Assembly: GCA_036781205.1 (NCBI GenBank)
Contig: DAIQBK010000003.1
Location: 66,738 to 130,737, forward strand
Source of the DNA: Myxococcaceae bacterium
GTDB lineage: Bacteria > Myxococcota > Myxococcia > Myxococcales > Myxococcaceae
Direction of reading: 5' to 3'
Length of the DNA stretch: 64,000 bases
In this document: positions 25,609-32,292 of the stretch, in pieces
Layout of the letters: each line of letters begins with the position of its first letter
Numbering within the stretch: position 1 is the first letter of the stretch
Made by a program: the position numbers and the translations under genes
The notes under the pieces: model-generated
Seen by the model: the letters and a program-made list of their open reading frames with translations, nothing else
Told to the model about the DNA's origin: nothing
Database searches by the model: none

Positions 25609-27129
25609 GTGGGTTGGGGTCGCTTGGGCTGGGTCGGCGTGGTGGTGGGGGCGGCGCTGGCGTGGAACCTGGTATCCAGTTGCGGCGGCTCAAGTTCCCC
25701 AGCCCCTCAGTCTTTGGACAATCCGGATGGGGGAGGGGTTGGAGGACCGTCCGACGGCGGCCAGCCAGACGGCGGGAGTGATGGGGGTCGTCCGGACGGG
25801 GGTCTCCCCGATGGCGGAGTCCCCGATGGTGGAACGGACGGGGGAATCAGCTTTCCGCCCCTCGACGGATGGCAATTCTATGGACCCGCGCAAGGCGTCC
25901 CAAGCGCTGTATTCGGGGTGACGGCGGATCAGGGCGGAAACATCTGGGTGGCGGGAGGCGAAGAGGGCCTCTTCCTACTGCAGCCGGGGACCAGCACGTT
26001 CCGCCGCTTCACGATGGCGGATGGACTGCATCCCTACGGATATCTTCCCGATGGGGGCGTTCCGTCTGGACAGAATTACCTCAAGGTTCTCTCGGTGGCG
26101 GGTGGGCCACCGGGAACGGTGTTCGTCGGCTACGCCGGCAAACCTCCCGCCGCAGGGCAGGTGGACTGTGACGGCAATTGGGATGGGCCGAATCCGGACC
26201 CCAACATCTTCAAGAGTGGCGATGCTGACAAAGTTGCTCTGCAGGGCAATGGAATCTCGGTGGTGCATTACGACATCTTCTCCGGACCGAACGTCGTTCC
26301 GGCCGAGCCACGAGGTCGCGAGAAGCTCTGTCACATCCTGCGCATCGCCTACAGCCCTTCCAACCACAGCATTTGGTTCGGGGGGAATCACGGCTTTGCG
26401 TGGGGCGATGCGAACTACGCGGGAGATCCGACCTGTAACGGACAGCGGTCGTGCTCGGGCCTGATCGAGCACGCTCACCCGGCCTTCAATTGCTGGTCTG
26501 ATGAGAGTCGGAGTCACGTCTACTACTGTACGGACGCCTACTATGGCATGTCCGTCCTGCCAAATGGAGATGTCTGGGCAGGTGGCGCGAATCGCTCGAC
26601 CTTGTTCCGCTACGCCACCTACGGCGGCGATTTCTTCCGAGCCCAGGCGGAAACGGAGGCGCCGGAGGGCGATACGCGCGATCGTTTCGACATCTGGCCG
26701 GATCTGGTCTCGGAACCCAATTACCCGACGCCGAGCGAACGAGTGGACGACAACGTTTCAGATATGGCGGCGATGCCCGACGGGAGCGTTTGGATCAGCT
26801 CATTCAACCGCGGCTTGGCGAATTACCGGCCCGGAGAGTTGCTCGAGTACCGAGTCGACCGGGTCGTGGATCCGAGCGGGAATGCCTCGGCGCTGGAGCG
26901 CGATCCATCCGATGGCTCTCTCTGGATTGGCTACCGGTGGGGCGGCTTCGCTCGGCTCAACGGAAACTCGTATCAGGCCTATGACTATCGAGTACTCGGC
27001 CCAGATCTGATGGTGAGCCACATTTCGGATATCTCGAGCGACACTTCGCAAGGGCACCGACGGATTTTGGTGGGATTTAGCGGTACCGCAAACACCCCGG
27101 GCGCGATCGGCGTGTACGACGGAAACTAA
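25609..27129 (+). CDS. lipoprotein with PDGG-repeat linker and a large beta-rich domain (function unknown)
   Basis: Lipobox (LVSSC), eight xDGG units, then ~420 aa with propeller-like motifs (NIWVAGGEEGLFLL, SLWIGYRWGGFARL). GTG start with GGAGG 8 nt upstream. Confidence 0.6.
   Translation: MGWGRLGWVGVVVGAALAWNLVSSCGGSSSPAPQSLDNPDGGGVGGPSDGGQPDGGSDGGRPDGGLPDGGVPDGGTDGGISFPPLDGWQFYGPAQGVPSAVFGVTADQGGNIWVAGGEEGLFLLQPGTSTFRRFTMADGLHPYGYLPDGGVPSGQNYLKVLSVAGGPPGTVFVGYAGKPPAAGQVDCDGNWDGPNPDPNIFKSGDADKVALQGNGISVVHYDIFSGPNVVPAEPRGREKLCHILRIAYSPSNHSIWFGGNHGFAWGDANYAGDPTCNGQRSCSGLIEHAHPAFNCWSDESRSHVYYCTDAYYGMSVLPNGDVWAGGANRSTLFRYATYGGDFFRAQAETEAPEGDTRDRFDIWPDLVSEPNYPTPSERVDDNVSDMAAMPDGSVWISSFNRGLANYRPGELLEYRVDRVVDPSGNASALERDPSDGSLWIGYRWGGFARLNGNSYQAYDYRVLGPDLMVSHISDISSDTSQGHRRILVGFSGTANTPGAIGVYDGN
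25723..25845 (+). repeat. low-complexity (P/S)DGG coding repeat
   Basis: PDGGGVGGPSDGGQPDGGSDGGRPDGGLPDGGVPDGGTDGG. Confidence 0.8.
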
Positions 27130-27623
27130 GCCGCTGGCTTGGTCGAGATCAGCTCACGCAGCTTGAGGATGAAATCCATCTCGGATTTGAGCGAGCGGAC
27201 TGCAAGCTGGGCCTCACCGATCAGGAGCACTGAGGAATAGAAGAGCACCAGCGTGCCCGCGATCCCGAGCGCAGTAGGCAGCCATGACAATCCCGGCACG
27301 AACGCGGTCAGGCCGATGCTGGCAGTGGTGGCGACAAACGCTCCCAAAGACAAATAGAAGCCGGTCAACGAGTGCTGGATCAACCGCGTCCGCTTGGCGT
27401 TGATCGAAAGCTGCAGATCCAATTCGCGGCGGCGCAAGTCCCGAAACTCCAGCTCGCCGGTGGTGAGGACCTGCTCGATGCTGCTACTGAGTTGTCGCAC
27501 CCGGTCGACCAGGCGGCCCAACCGATTGGACGTCGAAAAGATCAGAGTTCCACATGCGGAAATCAAAACCGCAGGGGTGATCATCGCGCTGAGCAGGGTG
27601 AGGCCGGAGAGCGTCGGCGGCAT
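27126..27623 (-). CDS. DUF2721 family membrane protein
   Basis: The N-terminal ITPAVLISACGTLIFSTSNRLGRLVDRVR motif and C-terminal TM helices are typical of DUF2721. Confidence 0.65.
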   Translation of the reverse strand: MPPTLSGLTLLSAMITPAVLISACGTLIFSTSNRLGRLVDRVRQLSSSIEQVLTTGELEFRDLRRRELDLQLSINAKRTRLIQHSLTGFYLSLGAFVATTASIGLTAFVPGLSWLPTALGIAGTLVLFYSSVLLIGEAQLAVRSLKSEMDFILKLRELISTKPAA

Positions 27624-28062
27624 CCGGCCCGGGAAAATATCCGTTTCCGGCGCGGGCTCCTAGCGCCGCGTGCTACGGGCCACCCTACCCCGGTTCGAGC
27701 ACTACCTCTCCTCGCGGCGGTCACTAGGATCGAGGCCATCGATCGAGCGCGCAACGCAGCTCTTCGCGGCAGGCCCGTCGATCTCCCTCGAGCAGCGATA
27801 CGGCAACCGAGCCCATCCCCGACGAGCGACTCAACCTCGGTCGTAGCAACCCGCCGCCCACCAGCAAGGAGGCTCCAGGCTCGTTGGGCAACACCAAGGA
27901 AATCCGCAAAGGTAGCGAGTCCTACCGGGCCCCCCACCGAGCTAGCGATTCAGCATTCCTTCACTGCGTGCCCCACGAGCCCGCCTGGGGAGCCGGGGGT
28001 TTCCTTCGCTCGGACCATCGTTATCGATCTATCGAGGTCATCAACCCCAAGGAGAGCAATAC

Positions 28063-28521
28063 ATGACGACTCGATGGCTTAAGCGAACTGTGATGATTGG
28101 TTGCCTGGCGGCTGGAAGTATTCCTCTCGCTGCATTAGCGCAGACTTCGGGTAGCACGAGTACAGGCTCCAGCACGAGCAGCCCATCGTCCACGTCCAAG
28201 ATGGACGACAAGTCGAAGACCGATAGCTCGGCCCTCGGTACCGGCGGCTCCGGTACAACCGGCACTGGGAGCTCGACCACCCCGAGCGGCACCGGGGACA
28301 CCACGGGCACTGGCACCACGAGCGCAGGAAGTAGCACCGCTCCCAGCTCGGGTACGGGAGGCTCAGGGGATCAAAGCGCGACCGGAAGCTCGAGTGGCCG
28401 CAGCAACCTGCCCCCCAACAGTCCAGACGCGCCTCCGAGCACGAGCGGAACGGGCTCCTCTACGGATACCGTGTCGCCTCCTGCCACGCCGCCCAGCAAG
28501 CCAAAAAGCTCAGGGCGCTAG
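28063..28521 (+). CDS. secreted Ser/Thr/Gly-rich low-complexity protein
   Basis: Signal peptide (IGCLAAGSIPLAALAQT) followed by ~125 aa almost entirely S/T/G/P. AAGGAG lies 8 nt upstream of the ATG. Confidence 0.55.
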   Translation: MTTRWLKRTVMIGCLAAGSIPLAALAQTSGSTSTGSSTSSPSSTSKMDDKSKTDSSALGTGGSGTTGTGSSTTPSGTGDTTGTGTTSAGSSTAPSSGTGGSGDQSATGSSSGRSNLPPNSPDAPPSTSGTGSSTDTVSPPATPPSKPKSSGR

Positions 28522-28533
28522 TCGCTCATATAG

Positions 28534-29781
28534 CTATTGGCCGAGGCGTTCATTGAGTTGAAGGAACGCCTCGAACATTTCCTCGCCGCTGGGGATGATT
28601 TGCTCCGGCGGCAGGACAAAACCCGTCTGGCCGCGATCGCGTAATTCGATTCCCCACGCGAGCAGCCCGAGGGTTCCATATACCCAGTCATGGGCGGTGC
28701 CGGCGGCGATGTAGAGGATCCGGGATCCCTGCCCATTCGTGAAATCTTGGCCGTGCACGCCGAAAATCGCGCTCCGGATGGTGGCTCCAAAGTCGAGCAG
28801 CGTGGGCAAGTCCGGCGGCGAGTCGTACGTGTACATCCAAGGGGACAGGACGAGCTGGCCATAACTGTGAAGGTCCCAATACGCGCGCAGGCGACTCGCG
28901 AGTCCGAATGCGATGTCGCGGACCGCGACAATCTCCGGCTCGGAGAACGGAGCGCTACCGTGGTAAACATCGGAACACGGGTTTGAGCTGGAGCCGTCTC
29001 CGCCCCAGGCGTACTCCCAGTTCCGGTTGAGATCCACGCCAACGCAGCTGCTTCCCTCGTTGATCCGGCGGCTCTTGCGCCAGAATCGATCGTTGCTCCA
29101 GGTGTACACATACCCGTCTGGGTTGGCGATTGGGATGATGTAGAAATCCACGGCGTCGACGATTGCCTGCACTCGAGGATCGACGGCGTACTGCGTGATC
29201 AGCTGCTCAATCAGGTAGCTCGTGGTCATCGGAGAAATCCACTCGCGGGCGTGCTGAGTTCCGTTGACCAGAAAGGCGGGGCGCAGATCGCGCGGATTTT
29301 CCGGGGTGTCGGGCCCGGTGATTCGCAACATCTCGATGTCGCGACCTTCGAGCGACTGCCCGATCACCGAAACGGTGGTCAGGTCGGGATTCTCGAGGGC
29401 CAGCTGATTCAGATGGTCATTGATGTCCTGATAGCTCTTGTAGTTGTCGAACCAGCTCAGATCGTTCTGCGAGCCGCGCGACGCAAGGTCCAGATCCACC
29501 AGCTGTTGCACATCCTGGATCAAAACTTGGAACGGAACGCCGGATTGTTCGAGCGCCTCCAGCTGGGCGGGCGCAATGCGCACGTCAAAAGTTCCGATCC
29601 CCGGCCCAAAGCAGCTCCACACGTCGTTGGTGAGCGCAAGAATCCGGTCCAGCTCGGCCCGATTGGAGACTTGCACCCTGACGACCCGGTGCCCGGTGTA
29701 ATCCGCACCAAATGCCGAAGAAGACCAAAGCGTGGCGATCGCGAAGCAGGCGGCGAGCGCTCGCCGGCAACGAACATACAT
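28534..29781 (-). CDS. M14 family zinc carboxypeptidase
   Basis: Signal peptide, propeptide-like N-terminal region, and zinc-binding HxxE (GTQHAREWIS). Length and motifs are typical of carboxypeptidase A/T-like enzymes. Confidence 0.85.
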   Translation of the reverse strand: MYVRCRRALAACFAIATLWSSSAFGADYTGHRVVRVQVSNRAELDRILALTNDVWSCFGPGIGTFDVRIAPAQLEALEQSGVPFQVLIQDVQQLVDLDLASRGSQNDLSWFDNYKSYQDINDHLNQLALENPDLTTVSVIGQSLEGRDIEMLRITGPDTPENPRDLRPAFLVNGTQHAREWISPMTTSYLIEQLITQYAVDPRVQAIVDAVDFYIIPIANPDGYVYTWSNDRFWRKSRRINEGSSCVGVDLNRNWEYAWGGDGSSSNPCSDVYHGSAPFSEPEIVAVRDIAFGLASRLRAYWDLHSYGQLVLSPWMYTYDSPPDLPTLLDFGATIRSAIFGVHGQDFTNGQGSRILYIAAGTAHDWVYGTLGLLAWGIELRDRGQTGFVLPPEQIIPSGEEMFEAFLQLNERLGQ

Positions 29782-29952
29782 AGTGGTTCCCTCCCGTTGG
29801 TGAGGCCGCCATACACGCTCTTAGGCCCCGGATCCAGTGGTGTTTTTCGATGCTTGACACATCCTGTTTCATGGTTTTCCTAAGGTCATTCGGACGCTGT
29901 TCGCGGCGTCCGCGAAAAAACGTTTATGCGAGAGCATAAGGAGGAATTGAAA

Positions 29953-30396
29953 ATGTTGACATTATGGAGGCGACCCTTTGGGTTGCGAGCAGCGGCGGAG
30001 GCCCCGGCGTTTTCCGATTTCGGGAATCTGTTCCGGGACATTTCGAACTGGGGGTTCGACAACGGAGCGGAGGCAATCGCTCCCACTGACGTTGTCGAGA
30101 CCGAGAATGCAATCCAAGTGAAGGTAGACCTTCCAGGTCATTCGCTCGAGGATATTGAGGTGCATCTCGAAGGAGACACGCTGACTATCCGAGCCGAGCG
30201 GAAAGCCGAGAAGGTGGAAGGAAAGCTGCTCCGGAACGAGCGATTCCATGGCGTGTACAGCCGTACGTTCGTGTTGCCGGAGAGCGTTGACGGCAGCAAG
30301 CCTGAGGCTCAGTACGCCCAGGGAGTGCTGACGGTCACTCTTCCGAAGCGGGAAGAGGCCAAGCCCAGGCTGATCAAAGTCGAAGTCAAACAGTAA
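29953..30396 (+). CDS. Hsp20/alpha-crystallin small heat shock protein
   Basis: Alpha-crystallin domain (DVVETENAIQVKVDLPGHSLEDIEVHLEGDTLTIRAER...GVLTVTLPK). The ATG at 29953 has AAGGAGG 8 nt upstream; the track start at 29926 is rejected. Confidence 0.85.
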   Translation: MLTLWRRPFGLRAAAEAPAFSDFGNLFRDISNWGFDNGAEAIAPTDVVETENAIQVKVDLPGHSLEDIEVHLEGDTLTIRAERKAEKVEGKLLRNERFHGVYSRTFVLPESVDGSKPEAQYAQGVLTVTLPKREEAKPRLIKVEVKQ

Positions 30397-30414
30397 TCAG
30401 CCTCGAAGGAAATC

Positions 30415-30456
30415 GGCGCGGGGACTAGCCAGACTAGCCCCGCGCCTTCTTTTTTA
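30415..30456 (+). terminator. Rho-independent terminator after hsp20
   Basis: GC-rich stem ggcgcgggg / ccccgcgcc (30415-30423 / 30438-30446) followed by ttcttttttt. Confidence 0.7.
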
Positions 30457-30554
30457 TCCGACAGTTCAATTCGCCAGCGACGAGCCACACAGCAGCCCGG
30501 GGATCGCGGACGTACGTGCCGTCCCCGAGCGCGAAGGTCGCCCCATCGCACAGA

Positions 30555-30594
30555 GTGTCACAGAAACGGTCGCCGGCGACCGATTTTGTGACAC
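30555..30594. promoter_or_regulatory. 40-bp near-perfect palindrome (18/20 arm matches, no spacer)
   Basis: gtgtcacagaaacggtcgcc|ggcgaccgattttgtgacac lies 89 bp upstream of the ECF sigma start. The outer half-sites are GTGTCACA / TGTGACAC. Confidence 0.5.
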
Positions 30595-30682
30595 ACCTGT
30601 CGAAAGCGGTGGGAATTGGCTTTCCGGACTTTCTCGGACTTAGATCCGTTCAGCTTCTCGTGCGTTGAATGTGTGGTGAGAA

Positions 30683-31315
30683 GTGAAAACGGAAAAACCA
30701 GACGAGCATTTGATGCTCGCCTTTAGGAGAGGCGATGCCATGGCCTTCGAGGTCCTGGTGCGCCGCCACCGAACTCCGGTTTTCAACTACATTTTCCGCT
30801 TCACGGGGGACCGCGCGCGAGCCGAGGACATCTTACAGGAAACGTGGCTCAAGGTCGTACGAAGCGCGCAGGATTACGAACCCAAAGCGCGCTTCACCAC
30901 CTGGCTCTACACGCTCGCCAGGAACCAATGCGTGGACCGAGCGCGGCGAGAAAAGCTACGGCAAGCGGACTCGCTCGACGCTCCTCGCCCGGCTTTCGCT
31001 TCCCAAGGAGACAATCGCACCCCGGCCGACTTCCTGGTGGATCCCAGTCCGGTGCCGGATCAGGCGGCCCACAATTTGAGAATTCGACCTCTTCTCGAGC
31101 AGGCCCTGCTCTCGCTTCCCGAGGAGCAACGCGAAGTCTTCTTGCTTCGCGAGTACAGCGGGCAGTCCTTCAGAGAGATCGCCGAGGTCACCGGCGTTTC
31201 GGAAAATACCGCCAAGAGCCGAATGCGATATGCGCTCGAGGCGCTGCGGCGGCAGCTGGAGCAGCTCGGAGTAGAAGGCGATTGGGCCGAGGACGAAAGG
31301 ACCGTCACCGGATGA
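30683..31315 (+). CDS. ECF-type RNA polymerase sigma factor (RpoE-like)
   Basis: Region 2 (AEDILQETWLKVVRS...FTTWLYTLARNQCVDRARR) and region 4 (EQREVFLLREYSGQSFREIAEVTGVSENTAKSRMRYA). The start is either GTG 30683 or ATG 30713. Confidence 0.85.
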   Translation: MKTEKPDEHLMLAFRRGDAMAFEVLVRRHRTPVFNYIFRFTGDRARAEDILQETWLKVVRSAQDYEPKARFTTWLYTLARNQCVDRARREKLRQADSLDAPRPAFASQGDNRTPADFLVDPSPVPDQAAHNLRIRPLLEQALLSLPEEQREVFLLREYSGQSFREIAEVTGVSENTAKSRMRYALEALRRQLEQLGVEGDWAEDERTVTG

Positions 31316-32292
31316 GCCCCACCGACCACGACCAGGACAAGCTGCTTGGCTACGCCTACGGTGAGCTTTCGTCTCCCGAGGCGAAATCGCTGGAAGCGCA
31401 TTTGAAGAACTGCCCTCAGTGCAGCCGAGCGCTCGAGGACATTCGCAAGGTCCGACGGACGATGGCGCAGCTTCCGACGGTACCGGCTCCGGAGGCAGGA
31501 TTGGATTCGCTGCTGGCCTACGCACAGCAAGCGGCTCGCCGCGCTCAGGCCGGGCCCGCTGCCCACTCCCATCTGTGGAAGTGGGTGTTGCTGCCCAGCA
31601 CCGGCGTTCTGGCGATGGTGTTGCTGATCGTCGTTACCGCGCGCGTAGCGGAAGAGACCAACCTCTCTCGGCTGAGGTCGGTCGCGGCGCCGAAAGTGGC
31701 CCCCTCTTCGAGCCCACTGCCACAGGCGGAGCCATCAGTCGCATCGGAGATTGCCCCGGCGGCGAAGGCGGTGGAAAGCCCCAAAGAGAAAGAGACCGCC
31801 GCGAAGGCGGAGAGGAAGCCGTCAGCCAAGATGTTGATCCTGAAGGCTGCCCCGCAAGCGCCGAGACCGAGCGCGAGGGCGGCGGCCGTCGCGGAACATC
31901 CGGAAGACTTCGCGCAGCCGGCCTCAAAGGACGAGAGCGGAGCTCAAGCGGGCAGAGCTCGACAGAAGTCGGCGGTAGCGCCGCAGTCGGCGGTAGCGTC
32001 GCAGGAATCGCGCGGAGTTGCGGCAGCCAGCGCACCAGCGTTCCTGGGAGGCCCACCGGACGCGCTCGACCGGGAAATTGCGCGGATTCAGGACACACTT
32101 CGAACCAGGACGCTCGCGAGCCAAGAGCGAGCCGGGTTGCTGAACCATCTCTGCGAGCTGCTCTACGCGGCGAACCGTTCGTCCGAAGCCGACTCCACCT
32201 GCGATCAGGTCATTCGGGACTTCCCTGGTTCGGCTGCCGCGGACGCAGCTCGCCAGTTGAAGGAGAAGAATCAGCGAGCCCCAGCGCGCTGA
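31312..32292 (+). CDS. zf-HC2 anti-sigma factor, single-pass membrane protein
   Basis: The ATG overlaps the sigma stop (ATGA at 31312-31315). It has an H-x3-C-x2-C motif (HLKNCPQC), a TM helix (WVLLPSTGVLAMVLLIVV) and an Ala/Pro/Ser-rich extracytoplasmic part. The N-terminal extension in the track ORF is rejected. Confidence 0.75.
   Translation: MSPTDHDQDKLLGYAYGELSSPEAKSLEAHLKNCPQCSRALEDIRKVRRTMAQLPTVPAPEAGLDSLLAYAQQAARRAQAGPAAHSHLWKWVLLPSTGVLAMVLLIVVTARVAEETNLSRLRSVAAPKVAPSSSPLPQAEPSVASEIAPAAKAVESPKEKETAAKAERKPSAKMLILKAAPQAPRPSARAAAVAEHPEDFAQPASKDESGAQAGRARQKSAVAPQSAVASQESRGVAAASAPAFLGGPPDALDREIARIQDTLRTRTLASQERAGLLNHLCELLYAANRSSEADSTCDQVIRDFPGSAAADAARQLKEKNQRAPAR

Noticed and set aside
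27692-27699. GGTTCGAG, reminiscent of a tRNA T-loop, in the 439-bp gap.
   Set aside because: No acceptor stem, anticodon arm or D-arm can be paired around it on either strand. Other TCGAACC-like hits in the window lie inside coding sequences. I conclude there is no tRNA in the window.
27884-28066. 60-codon ORF whose TGA overlaps the ATG at 28063.
   Set aside because: It has a TTG start with no SD, an unremarkable composition (about two-thirds GC at third positions by hand count) and no recognisable motif. The ATGA overlap could be chance. It is mentioned in a finding but not annotated as a gene.
29838-29853. Sigma-54-like TGG...TGC element upstream of hsp20, and a TTGACA hexamer at 29854-29859.
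   Set aside because: The GG-to-GC spacing is 13 rather than the canonical 12. The TTGACA has no acceptable -10 hexamer at 16-18 nt; the only TAnnnT lies at 21 nt. This is not enough to call a promoter.
29926-29952. Upstream ATG at 29926 as the hsp20 start.
   Set aside because: The AAGGAGG Shine-Dalgarno lies inside these 9 codons, 8 nt before the ATG at 29953. That ATG gives a typical Hsp20 N-terminus.
30555-30594. Interpreting the palindrome as a CRP/FNR-type site because it contains TGTGA and TCACA.
   Set aside because: The half-sites are in the reverse order (TGTCACA ... TGTGACA) and 24 bp apart, not TGTGA-N6-TCACA. It is kept only as an unexplained palindrome.
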